Below, one piece after another: positions 8,690 through 17,505 of a stretch of 64,000 nt of DNA. A model generated the notes under the pieces. That model was not told where the DNA came from. It saw only the letters and a program-made list of their open reading frames with translations, and did no database searches. Position numbers and translations under genes: made by a program. Positions within the stretch are counted from its first letter, which is position 1, and every line of letters starts with the position of its first letter. Origin of the DNA: an uncultured Gammaproteobacteria bacterium (GTDB lineage Bacteria; Patescibacteriota; Microgenomatia; UBA8517); NCBI GenBank assembly GCA_964635715.1, contig CAZWNZ010000002.1, positions 104,009 through 168,008 on the forward strand, in the 5' to 3' direction.

Positions 8690-10963
8690 ATGAAATCCAA
8701 GTTTATTTGTATCGTTTTTATATGTTTGTGTATTGCGTTTGCTTTTCCAAAAACTTCTAGTGCGCAAATTAACTTTAATAATTGGTTAAATACAACAAAT
8801 ACTCTTCACAACGTTGCTGGCACTTATATTACAACGCACAATAATACACTTTATGTCTTGGGAGGAGCTGGTTACACTTGGACAATAGGCGAATATTCGA
8901 ATATAAACAACGATGGGTCGTTGGGGCAGTGGAATAATATTTCTGCAACCCCATCAAAATATTGGCACGCAGGTGCAATCAAAGATGATTATACATATTT
9001 GATAGGTGGAAATAACACAGATTACCAAGCAACAAATACCGTCGTTATGGGTAAAATAGAATCGAATGGTGATATTTTAGAGTGGAAAGAAGTTGCAGGG
9101 TTACCCAAAACTTTGGTGCTACCAGCCGCGACAATTGTCGGTGATAGATTGTATGTTGCAGGCGGGAACGTGCTTAACACGGATCACACTAACAACCTGA
9201 CAAATCAAGATATCTACATGGCTTTAATAAATATAAACGATGGCACTTTGGGTGATTGGTCAGTTGTTGGATTACTACCATATCCAATGATGGGTTTTGG
9301 AATGTTAGAGATTGATAACTACTTGTATATTTTTGGGGGTAAAATACCCAACGATACAAATACAAATGAGGTAAAAAGAGCATATATTAACAATGACGGT
9401 ACACTATTAGGCTGGAGTGATCAGCCCACTTTACCAATCCCATTCTGGAGGACAGCAATTACTCGTGTCGGTAATACTTTAATAACTGCCGGAGGAGAGT
9501 ATGGAACATGGCCGTACAATTATGCTATTGATAATGTGTATTATTCCTTCGTCTTACCAGATGGACAAATATCCGAATGGAATACCGGCCCTTCACTTCC
9601 ACTGGTAAATTGTTGTTCCTCCGCAACTTCATGGAACGATTATATTTATTTAGTTGGAGGACATGATGAAGTTAATTATTATAATTCAGTACTCTTTAGT
9701 CACATCTCCACTCCAGTTCCAGTTACCAAAACAGTTTTTGCTCCAGGTCTTATGGCAAGTTGGAATACAGAAGCAATCTTAAACTGTTCATCTGAGACAA
9801 ATACAGAATGGACTTTGGCTCCTTATGCTAAAAGTGTTTATGAACCTATTTATCAGGCTTTAAACGAAAGTGGTTGGACTACCCTACCCTTTTATTATGA
9901 CTGGCGTCAAAAAATTTCTGATAATTCCCAAGAATTGGCAAATTTTATTGATAAAAATACTTCATCCGAAGAAAAAGTAAATCTGGTTGGACATAGTATG
10001 GGAGGTCTTGTCGGTAGAGGTTATCTTGACGCTTCTGAGGGAGGTAAGCTTGCTAGCTTGCTGGCCGTGGGGACACCTAATAAAGGTTCCGCTTACTCAT
10101 ACTATCCCTGGGAGGGTGGGGAAATACTAAGAAATAGTCTTATCGAAAAAATAGCTCTTACCATTTATGTAAAACACTGCAGTGAAAATCCCATCACAGA
10201 TCGTCAAACTATTCAAGAAAATGTACCGTCTCTTCAAGATCTTCTGCCAACCGATGCATATCTACAAAAAGAGAATGATTCGATTTTATATTTACCAGCC
10301 AGTGAAAAAAATCAAAACAATTGGATTGACACCCTTTCTTCCAACAACTATGGAATTAAATTAGGATATCTTGCCGGAATTGGAAACAAAACTATAAAAA
10401 CTATCATAACAACAGATCCCAAGAAAAAAGACATTAAAAATGGTGATTGGGAGGACGGCAGACCTTCGGGTGAAACATTGTCAGAAGAAGGAGACGGAAC
10501 AGTTCTTCTTTCGAGTGCTACCCTGCCTGACATTCCTGAAGAAAATGCATATGTAATAAATCAAGATCATAGAAGTTTAATTAATTCTGTCGAGGGGATG
10601 AGTAAAGTTCTTGAATTTCTCGGTAATCCCGAATCAACTATTACTGAGGCGTCAACACTTAATTTACAATCAGAACCTAATTCAGCCTTGATTATAATTG
10701 GCTATCCGGCTGATTTTATAATAACTGACAACAGTGGAGAAATTAAATCTGATGATGACGGCATGATTGCCTTAATGAATCCAAAATCTGGAAACTACAA
10801 GGTAAATCTACTATCAAAATCAAATGAAACTTTATTTATTGTTGCTCAATTTTTACCCAATGGAGATGTTAAATACAAAGAATACAAATTTAAAGGTATT
10901 GGACCAAAGTTCAAAACTCTAAAATTTGATCTTAGAAATCCGAAAGAGGATATTTTAGAGTAG
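8690..10963 (+). CDS. secreted Kelch-type beta-propeller fused to an LCAT-like (PF02450-type) lipase/acyltransferase domain
   Basis: Signal peptide; six blades of the form ...LYV.GG...NDG(S/T)LG.W...LP...; then FYYDWRQ and LVGHSMGGL (GxSxG), the hallmarks of the LCAT/PGAP1-like alpha/beta-hydrolase family; about 200 aa of unknown C-terminal tail. Confidence 0.55.
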   Translation: MKSKFICIVFICLCIAFAFPKTSSAQINFNNWLNTTNTLHNVAGTYITTHNNTLYVLGGAGYTWTIGEYSNINNDGSLGQWNNISATPSKYWHAGAIKDDYTYLIGGNNTDYQATNTVVMGKIESNGDILEWKEVAGLPKTLVLPAATIVGDRLYVAGGNVLNTDHTNNLTNQDIYMALININDGTLGDWSVVGLLPYPMMGFGMLEIDNYLYIFGGKIPNDTNTNEVKRAYINNDGTLLGWSDQPTLPIPFWRTAITRVGNTLITAGGEYGTWPYNYAIDNVYYSFVLPDGQISEWNTGPSLPLVNCCSSATSWNDYIYLVGGHDEVNYYNSVLFSHISTPVPVTKTVFAPGLMASWNTEAILNCSSETNTEWTLAPYAKSVYEPIYQALNESGWTTLPFYYDWRQKISDNSQELANFIDKNTSSEEKVNLVGHSMGGLVGRGYLDASEGGKLASLLAVGTPNKGSAYSYYPWEGGEILRNSLIEKIALTIYVKHCSENPITDRQTIQENVPSLQDLLPTDAYLQKENDSILYLPASEKNQNNWIDTLSSNNYGIKLGYLAGIGNKTIKTIITTDPKKKDIKNGDWEDGRPSGETLSEEGDGTVLLSSATLPDIPEENAYVINQDHRSLINSVEGMSKVLEFLGNPESTITEASTLNLQSEPNSALIIIGYPADFIITDNSGEIKSDDDGMIALMNPKSGNYKVNLLSKSNETLFIVAQFLPNGDVKYKEYKFKGIGPKFKTLKFDLRNPKEDILE

Positions 10964-10974
10964 ATAATAAACCT

Positions 10975-11487
10975 CTAGCTTTTTACCCACTCCCTGAAAT
11001 CTTTAAAAAGTTTGGGAACTTCACGATAGAAGAAATAAATCAAAACCACGGCATAGGCAATACCGGCAACTATTAATACCGGCAATGTTCTGAAATATAT
11101 TCCAAGATAAAATGCATGAATCCCGGCTGCAAAAAATGCCAAATAGATTAAAACGTTTGCATACTTCCATTTCTTGAATATCAAAAACAAAGAAAACATC
11201 GAAAACCAAAAAGCTGCCATTCCTATCGAGTTATAAAAATTTGTAGGCGTTCTACAAATTACACATGCGTTTATAAACGCAACATAGGGATCGACTCCAT
11301 TGCCTACAAAATAGTTTATCGCAACAAAAAGCAGCGGATGTACTATTGCTAGAGGAAGGGTAATTTTGATTATTTTTTCCGCAATTCGCGGTTTAGTGAT
11401 TTGAATCACCAGAACAGCAAAAAGAAGAAAATAAAAGATAACCCCGCTTATTCTTAAAAATGGACCAATTAAAATTGCCGTATGCAT
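10975..11487 (-). CDS. small membrane protein with a single CxxC motif (possible thiol-disulfide oxidoreductase, DsbB/VKOR-like)
   Basis: 4-5 TM segments; the only cysteines form a CVIC pair in a loop. A second Cys pair expected for DsbB is absent, so the assignment is weak. Confidence 0.3.
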   Translation of the reverse strand: MHTAILIGPFLRISGVIFYFLLFAVLVIQITKPRIAEKIIKITLPLAIVHPLLFVAINYFVGNGVDPYVAFINACVICRTPTNFYNSIGMAAFWFSMFSLFLIFKKWKYANVLIYLAFFAAGIHAFYLGIYFRTLPVLIVAGIAYAVVLIYFFYREVPKLFKDFREWVKS

Positions 11488-11490
11488 AAG

Positions 11491-11564
11491 TGGTCGCGTC
11501 TGGACTTGAACCAGAGACCTTACGAATGTGAATCGTACGCTCTAACCAACTGAGCTACGCGACC
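11491..11564 (-). tRNA. tRNA-Val (anticodon CAC); CCA not encoded
   Basis: Reverse complement GGTCGCGTAGCTCAGTTGGTTAGAGCGTACGATTCACATTCGTAAGGTCTCTGGTTCAAGTCCAGACGCGACCA folds as a cloverleaf: 7-bp acceptor, D arm GCTC/GAGC, anticodon stem TACGA/TCGTA with loop TTCACAT, T arm TCTGG-TTCAAGT-CCAGA. Confidence 0.8.
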
Positions 11565-11636
11565 CGGTTAAAACAAATTGTATCTAATTGCACACAATTT
11601 CCTTACTACAGACATAATTTTAACACAAACCAGGCA

Positions 11637-11665
11637 TTGACATAGAAAACATTTTTCAATAAAGT
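11637..11665 (+). promoter_or_regulatory. candidate sigma70-like promoter (TTGACA-17-TAAAGT) for the IMPDH-family gene
   Basis: Hexamers read directly from the sequence with a 17-nt spacer; the ~40-nt leader contains a GTAATGA...TCATTAC inverted repeat. Confidence 0.35.
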
Positions 11666-11711
11666 AAAATGTAATGATCGTACTCCGGTAAGGGTCTTCA
11701 TTACATCTTTT

Positions 11712-12767
11712 ATGAATGTTGATTTTAAATTGGGTCTTTCCTATGATGACGTGCTTTTAATTCCACAGTTATCTTCTATATCATCCAGATCGGAGGTGGA
11801 TCTTTCAACTCAAATAACTCCACATGTAAGGTTGGACATTCCCCTAATCAGTATAAATATGACTGACGTGACAGGTGTAGATATGGCCATAACTTTAGGC
11901 AACCTCGGAGGTCTGGGATTTTTACCCAGATTTGTTTCCCCTGAAGAGCAAGCTAATATGGTATGTAAAGTCAAGAAAGCGTGCGTAAAGGTCGGAGCGG
12001 CTGTAGGTTGTCGTGAAGGATACTTAGAAAGGGCTGAAATGTTGGCAAATGCGGGAGCTGATATTATCACTCTTGACGTTGCACACGGGGGAATGCTGCA
12101 AGCCGTTGAAGCAACCGGAATTTTGAAACATAAGTTTGGAAAAAAAGTGGATATAATCTCCGGAGTCGTCGGAACTTACGAAACAGCCATGGCTCTTTAT
12201 AAAGCAGGTGCTGATTCTGTAAGAGTGGGTGTTGGACCAGGAACTATTTGTATAACACGAACGCAGACAGGTGTCGGTGTGCCTCAAATAACTGCAGTCA
12301 TTGAAGCCTCACGCGCTGCCAGAAAGGTTGGAAAAACTGTTTTATGTGACGGCGGTACGGAAAATTCCGGTCATATAGTTAAAGGTCTTGCCGCAGGTGC
12401 TTCAGCTGTAGTAATCGGGAGCCAATTTGCAGGTCATAACGAGTGTCCGGGGAAAATTGTTGTTATAAACGGTAAAAAATATAAAGCGTACAACGCCTCA
12501 ACTTCTCTAACGGAGAAGAAAAATCATGAGAAACATCTTGAAAACCTTTCTAAAAATTACAGCAAACACATAGAAGGTGTTGAAAGCTTTGTTCTCTATA
12601 AAGGCCCTCTAAAAAACAGTACTGAATTGTGGACTGCCAATATCAGGTCAGGCTTGTCTTATTGCAACGCAAAAAATATTCCGGAACTTTGGAAAAAAGC
12701 AAAATTTATCAGGGTTTCACCTATAGGTCTCAATGAAAATGGTGCACACAATGTAACCTTAAGATAG
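11712..12767 (+). CDS. IMP dehydrogenase/GMP reductase family protein (TIM barrel, no CBS domains)
   Basis: ...GVGPGTICITRTQTGVGVPQITAV... catalytic-Cys loop; 351 aa; no CBS insert (more GuaC-sized than GuaB). Confidence 0.7.
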   Translation: MNVDFKLGLSYDDVLLIPQLSSISSRSEVDLSTQITPHVRLDIPLISINMTDVTGVDMAITLGNLGGLGFLPRFVSPEEQANMVCKVKKACVKVGAAVGCREGYLERAEMLANAGADIITLDVAHGGMLQAVEATGILKHKFGKKVDIISGVVGTYETAMALYKAGADSVRVGVGPGTICITRTQTGVGVPQITAVIEASRAARKVGKTVLCDGGTENSGHIVKGLAAGASAVVIGSQFAGHNECPGKIVVINGKKYKAYNASTSLTEKKNHEKHLENLSKNYSKHIEGVESFVLYKGPLKNSTELWTANIRSGLSYCNAKNIPELWKKAKFIRVSPIGLNENGAHNVTLR

Positions 12768-12806
12768 TCCTTGTAATATCAGGTTGGTCTCCAATATAAT
12801 GATTTA

Positions 12807-13370
12807 ATGATAAAGAAATTGGGTGCGTTTTTTTTGGATATTTTTGAAGTTGTGGTCTTCGCAATCGGCATATTCTTTTTTGTATACCTCTTGGTTATGC
12901 GTCCTCATAAAATAGATGGACAATCAATGATGCCCAATTTCCCCGATAGTGAATATCTTCTTACCGAAAAAGTTACTTACTACTTTCATCAACCAAAGCG
13001 TGGCGATGTTGTCGTCTTTACCCCACCCGTTACTGACTTAGATGAATACATTAAAAGAGTTATCGCAGTACCCGGAGAAACAATTATGATTAAAGAAGGT
13101 CGTATTTATATAAATGGTAAACTTCTTAATGAACCATACCTTGCTGATGATGTTTATACACATATTGGCAACTTCCTCAAAGAAGGACAAGAATATAAAG
13201 TTCCGGAAGGTGAATATTTTGTAATGGGAGACAATCGCTCAAACTCATCTGATTCAAGATACTGGGGATCAATTAAGAAAAATGTCATCAGTGGCCGTGC
13301 TTGGGTTATTTATTGGCCTCTAAAATTGGCAGGATCCGTTGAAACTCCTACATACTCTTTTGCTGAATAA
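12807..13370 (+). CDS. lepB: signal peptidase I
   Basis: N-terminal TM, catalytic Ser region, and C-terminal GDNRSNSSDSRYWG box. Confidence 0.8.
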   Translation: MIKKLGAFFLDIFEVVVFAIGIFFFVYLLVMRPHKIDGQSMMPNFPDSEYLLTEKVTYYFHQPKRGDVVVFTPPVTDLDEYIKRVIAVPGETIMIKEGRIYINGKLLNEPYLADDVYTHIGNFLKEGQEYKVPEGEYFVMGDNRSNSSDSRYWGSIKKNVISGRAWVIYWPLKLAGSVETPTYSFAE

Positions 13371-13389
13371 AAATTAGAGAAATAAAAAA

Positions 13390-14238
13390 TTATTCTGAAG
13401 TAACTGACTTATAGATTCTTTGCAAAATATTTTCTGTCTCATCCAAACCACCCTTAAGTATAAAAACAACTCTTGTTTCTCTTCTGGACCTAATTAGTTT
13501 GACAGAGTTTTTCCTCTGACTGGTAATTCCATTGTCGCTTCTTGCAACCAAAGCCTTTTCCATATCCTCCTGCATCTTATCAATCTCCTCAGAAACAATT
13601 CTGATGTGTTCATCATTCTTTTTAACTTCCTGATTTGATTTAACCTTCATTCGCCTGGCAAGCTCCTCCGCTCTCCTCACAGACCCGCTTTCTTTCAAAA
13701 CAATCTTGTAAGCCTCTATCATCAAATTACTGTCATCAATCGCTGCCAAAGCCCTTGCATGACCTTCACTAATAAGTCCTGAAAGTAATCCATCTTTTAG
13801 TGCATCCGGAAGTGATAAAAGTCTCAAGGAGTTGCTAACATAGGCGACACTTTTACCTATTCTAACTGCGATCTCACTTGTGGTAAGACCAAATTCATTC
13901 ATGAGTCTTTCAAAGCCTTTGGCACGATCAAGTGGATTAAGATCAACTCTTTGAACATTTTCTACAAGAGCCATCTCAAGCATTCCTTTAGGCGAAGTTT
14001 CACGAATAATTACGGGCACATGGGTCAGCCCTGCTAACTTTGATGCTCTCCAGCGTCTTTCGCCCGCAATAATTTGGAATCCGGCAGGGGTTTTAGCTAC
14101 AACTAAAGGTTCCAGAATTCCATGTTCGCGAATGGAATCTACAAGATCCACCAGACTTTCCGGAGTAATGGCACCACGAGGTTGTAGAGGGTTTGGTTGA
14201 AGTTGATTTATGTCTAGTTGTATTACTTCTTCTGCCAT
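13390..14238 (-). CDS. parB: ParB/Spo0J chromosome-partitioning protein
   Basis: ...GILEPLVVAKTPAGFQIIAGERRWRASKLAGL... ParB box followed by an HTH. Confidence 0.8.
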   Translation of the reverse strand: MAEEVIQLDINQLQPNPLQPRGAITPESLVDLVDSIREHGILEPLVVAKTPAGFQIIAGERRWRASKLAGLTHVPVIIRETSPKGMLEMALVENVQRVDLNPLDRAKGFERLMNEFGLTTSEIAVRIGKSVAYVSNSLRLLSLPDALKDGLLSGLISEGHARALAAIDDSNLMIEAYKIVLKESGSVRRAEELARRMKVKSNQEVKKNDEHIRIVSEEIDKMQEDMEKALVARSDNGITSQRKNSVKLIRSRRETRVVFILKGGLDETENILQRIYKSVTSE

Positions 14239-14239
14239 A

Positions 14240-14491
14240 TTATTTGCCTATAACAGAAATTACCTGTTTACCTAGTTTTTTGCTTACTTTTACAATTCCA
14301 TCTAAAATTGAGTAAAGACTATGGTCTCGTCCTTCCTTTACACCGTTACCCTTAGCAAATTTTGTACCTCTCTGCCTTATAAGAATTTGTCCTTTAGAGA
14401 CCTTTTCTCCATCAGAAACTTTTGGACCAAGCCTTTTACCTGCTGGACTTACATGTTGTGAAGCTTTACCTCCTGCTTTGTGTGTTGACAT
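14240..14491 (-). CDS. rpmA: 50S ribosomal protein L27
   Basis: MSTHKAGGKASQ...IRQRGTKF...GRDHSLYS..DG.VKV closely matches the L27 family; no N-terminal extension. Confidence 0.9.
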   Translation of the reverse strand: MSTHKAGGKASQHVSPAGKRLGPKVSDGEKVSKGQILIRQRGTKFAKGNGVKEGRDHSLYSILDGIVKVSKKLGKQVISVIGK

Positions 14492-14634
14492 ATTATTAGT
14501 ACTAAGTACTAGTTCTGTGTACTTAGCTATAAGCGAATATAGCGAATGTTTTCACAGTTGTCAAGAGGACAGAAAGATATAGTTTGATATATGCTGTTTC
14601 AAAATGTATAAATATCATGTAATATGCGTGCTTT

Positions 14635-15561
14635 ATGAGTATAGAAAGAGTTATTATTGACGAGCAAAGACTGACGCAAGTTATCAAAACCGTTTTGGCC
14701 ACTAAGGATAATAAAGAATTCGTTTTTGCCGGCAACTATATCAGTCCGGAGGTTCCATATGTTGATTCACTTATTAAAGTTGGTAATGAACTTAAAAATC
14801 CAGATTTTGCTTCAAACGCTCTATTCCTAACAACAGCTCTAATAAGGGGAAATAATACACGGAGCTTTTTCAATAGCAGGCTTGTCGATCCAAGGAATAT
14901 ACTTGAAAATTCTTGGATTTTTGAACCCGAAAAAGTCCTCAGCAAGGGCAAAGTACTGACTGAAGAAACATGCAGAAAGTTCTTTCGACCAGCCGGATAT
15001 TGCGTAAATGCCATATATAACTGGTTTTATAACTGTCAGGTAATTAAAAATAATGGCGGGAGTATCACTCGTTGTTTTGACAATTTAGATGGAGATTGGA
15101 AAAGAATAGAGAAATTTGTATATCTTAGAAATCGGGCTAAAACCAGCGAAAAAATCAAGGCAGGATCTCTGTTAAATTACGGCCAGCATCTTACATACCT
15201 TGCTTTTCAATGGCTTTCATATTATGGTCTATACAAATTTACCAATCTTAAAACTATTCCTGTCGATTTCCAGTTAGCCAGAATTTCAATACAAACAGAT
15301 GCAATTGCAATAAACGGCAATCCGAATGTGGACGAAATTATAACAAGAGGTTTGACACCCGCGTTTATAAAAGTGTGTAAGGAAAACAGTTTCGACCCCC
15401 GGGAAGTCTCCCAAGCCCTTTGGTCATTTGGCAATGAAGGATGCAATAATAAATTACATGGCGAGTGCCCACTTGAAAATCTATGTGTAAGATATATCAC
15501 AAGTAAGAAATATCAAACTTCCGGAAGACTTAGCAGTAAAGATGAGGGACGCTATGAATAA
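14635..15561 (+). CDS. hypothetical protein inserted between rplU and rpmA on the opposite strand; weak HhH-GPD-glycosylase-like features
   Basis: 308-aa ORF with a plausible promoter (TTTCAA-17-TAATAT) just upstream. IPVDFQLARISIQTDAI loosely resembles the V-D-T-H-V-x-R catalytic loop of Nth/MutY-type enzymes, and a C-terminal Cys-rich stretch (CNNKLHGECPLENLC) could be an Fe-S loop. No confident family assignment. Confidence 0.35.
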   Translation: MSIERVIIDEQRLTQVIKTVLATKDNKEFVFAGNYISPEVPYVDSLIKVGNELKNPDFASNALFLTTALIRGNNTRSFFNSRLVDPRNILENSWIFEPEKVLSKGKVLTEETCRKFFRPAGYCVNAIYNWFYNCQVIKNNGGSITRCFDNLDGDWKRIEKFVYLRNRAKTSEKIKAGSLLNYGQHLTYLAFQWLSYYGLYKFTNLKTIPVDFQLARISIQTDAIAINGNPNVDEIITRGLTPAFIKVCKENSFDPREVSQALWSFGNEGCNNKLHGECPLENLCVRYITSKKYQTSGRLSSKDEGRYE

Positions 15562-15562
15562 A

Positions 15563-15868
15563 TTAACCAATCTTCTCAACTAAAAGTCTTGTATATTGTG
15601 CTCTGAAGCCTGTGTGCCTTTTGTACCTGCTTTTTGCTTTGAATTTGTAAATTTCGACCTTCTCCCCTTTTTCGAGCTCGGTAATAACTTTGAATTTGAC
15701 TTCATTTTTAAGAGTTGGTTTCCCAACATTTACCTTGTCCCCGTCAACCACAAGAAGAGTTTCGGATGTTAATTTTTTAGGATCAATAATTTTATCGACA
15801 AGAATTTCCTTGCCTTCCTCTACTTTATATTGTTTACCGCCAATTTGAACAACTGCGTATTTGGTCAT
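15563..15868 (-). CDS. rplU: 50S ribosomal protein L21
   Basis: MTKYAVVQIGGKQYKVEEG... N-terminus and basic C-terminus typical of L21; directly upstream of rpmA as in the conserved rplU-rpmA pair. Confidence 0.85.
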   Translation of the reverse strand: MTKYAVVQIGGKQYKVEEGKEILVDKIIDPKKLTSETLLVVDGDKVNVGKPTLKNEVKFKVITELEKGEKVEIYKFKAKSRYKRHTGFRAQYTRLLVEKIG

Positions 15869-15877
15869 ATGAAACGT

Positions 15878-15906
15878 ATTTTAACACGAGAGTGGGTAGG
15901 TGACAA
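15878..15906 (-). promoter_or_regulatory. candidate sigma70-like promoter for rplU (TTGTCA-17-TAAAAT), leader about 9 nt
   Basis: Reading the minus strand: CTTGTCA-CCTACCCACTCTCGTGT-TAAAAT-ACGTTTCAT-ATG. Confidence 0.35.
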
Positions 15907-15923
15907 GCTCTCACTTAGGCTAA

Positions 15924-16451
15924 TTAATTTGAGGGGCTGGGCACAGGTAGATGTTTTTGACCATACTTACACATTATATCGGTCAGTTCATTTAACTTTT
16001 TAAGATTCTTTATTTCTGATATCTCTCTGCCTAAACTATCATCAATTCTAAATAGTTGATGTCCTTCTGTGTATGTCGATTTAACAGTAAACAGATCTTT
16101 CATATATCTTTGGCCATTCTTGTGAACCTTGACCGTAATTTGATCAGGTAGTGAGTTATCTTTTCTGGTTGCAGCAAAATTTATTTTTACATCATAAAAA
16201 TTGTCAGTTTCTAAACCCTCTTCTCCGTCAAACATAGGAAAACTGTCAATACATACAACCTCTCCTTTTTTATTATCCCAACCGCCGTGTTCGGTGATCA
16301 GAGTGCCCAATTTACCGGCAATTTCACCCGACAGTTTATCCTTTCTAGAATTCGTCTCTTTTCTTTTTGATGCTTCTGCGAAAATGTCTGGAATATATTG
16401 TTTTTGTTCACGCATAAGTTTATAAATACACTTTGAAAGTTTTATTGTCAA
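15924..16451 (-). CDS. hypothetical protein (soluble, 175 aa)
   Basis: Clean ORF whose start overlaps the rodA stop by 4 nt; no recognisable motifs. Confidence 0.4.
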   Translation of the reverse strand: MTIKLSKCIYKLMREQKQYIPDIFAEASKRKETNSRKDKLSGEIAGKLGTLITEHGGWDNKKGEVVCIDSFPMFDGEEGLETDNFYDVKINFAATRKDNSLPDQITVKVHKNGQRYMKDLFTVKSTYTEGHQLFRIDDSLGREISEIKNLKKLNELTDIMCKYGQKHLPVPSPSN

Positions 16452-17503
16452 CCCTTTTTATATGCCCCCAATGCAATTCCCAGACCCATCATTGTAGCCA
16501 AAAGTGAAGAGCCACCCGCGGACAAAAGCGGGAAAGGAAGGCCTGTTATTGGTAGTATTCCCATATTCATTCCAACGTGTACAAAAAGCTGAACTAGATA
16601 AATTAAGAAAAATCCTGAAAGGTAAGCCCTTGCTTCGGGAGAAACTGAATGTTCCATAAAACGGGTCAGGCGTAGCAAAATAAAAAAACTGACACCTAGC
16701 ACAAGTCCTGCGCCAACGAAACCAAGCTCTTCCGCTACTGAAGCAAAAATGAAATCTGTTTGCTTTTCAGGCAAAAATGCCAACTGAGTTTGAATGCCTT
16801 TACCCAATCCTGTTCCAAAAATCTTTCCCGATCCTGCAGCTATACTTGCTTGAATACTGTTGTAACCGGCGCCAAGAGGGTCGCTTGAAGGATCTAAAAA
16901 AGTATATATTCTTTGTTTTTGGTATGGAGCCATGATATTCCATGCTACCGGAATAAGAGCTATACAAATCAAAAGACCTAGAATAAGATGTTTTTTGTTA
17001 AATTTACTGGCAATGAGAACGCCAATAAACCCGACTATTGTTAATATTGATACACCCAGTGATGGCTGTATCAAAATCAAAACTGTAGGAATTATTAAAA
17101 GAAAAAGCGCCTTACCGAATTTTTTAAAAGTCACTTCACCTTTTCCTAAATAGTTTGCAAAAAATATAAGTAAAAAGGGTCTAACCAACTCTGCGGGCTG
17201 AATACTGGTTGGTCCTAACTGAATCCATCTGACAGTATTTCTAGTAACCCCCCCGATTATCAGTGTTAACAGAAGAAAAATATTACTGATTATATAAAAA
17301 TACTTAGAAAATATTGATACTATACTGAATTCCACCATTGAGAACACCCAAAAGATCAGAAGCGAAATCAAAATATATACAAAATACATAGGAAATATCG
17401 AACCATCCAGAGAGTTAAGAATTACAATACTAAAAACAAGTAAAAACAAAATAGACAAAGTTAGTGGTATGTCTTTAAATAAATAATTCGTAAACGAACG
17501 CAT
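16448..17503 (-). CDS. rodA: SEDS-family peptidoglycan glycosyltransferase (RodA-type)
   Basis: ...GAGYNSIQASIAAGSGKIFGTGLGKG.QTQLAFLPE..TDFIFA..AEELGFVG... FtsW/RodA signature. A second SEDS gene sits inside the dcw cluster (ftsW), so this copy is assigned as rodA. Confidence 0.6.
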   Translation of the reverse strand: MRSFTNYLFKDIPLTLSILFLLVFSIVILNSLDGSIFPMYFVYILISLLIFWVFSMVEFSIVSIFSKYFYIISNIFLLLTLIIGGVTRNTVRWIQLGPTSIQPAELVRPFLLIFFANYLGKGEVTFKKFGKALFLLIIPTVLILIQPSLGVSILTIVGFIGVLIASKFNKKHLILGLLICIALIPVAWNIMAPYQKQRIYTFLDPSSDPLGAGYNSIQASIAAGSGKIFGTGLGKGIQTQLAFLPEKQTDFIFASVAEELGFVGAGLVLGVSFFILLRLTRFMEHSVSPEARAYLSGFFLIYLVQLFVHVGMNMGILPITGLPFPLLSAGGSSLLATMMGLGIALGAYKKG

Positions 17504-17505
17504 TT

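Noticed and set aside
11566-11711. Purine riboswitch upstream of the IMPDH/GMP-reductase-family gene
   Set aside because: The predicted leader is only about 40 nt and lacks the conserved purine-riboswitch junction sequences; only a simple 7-bp inverted repeat is present.
14240-15868. Inserted gene between rplU and rpmA as the Prp (ysxB) L27-processing protease
   Set aside because: The ORF is on the opposite strand, is 308 aa (Prp is about 110 aa), lacks the Cys-His dyad context, and L27 here has no N-terminal extension to cleave.
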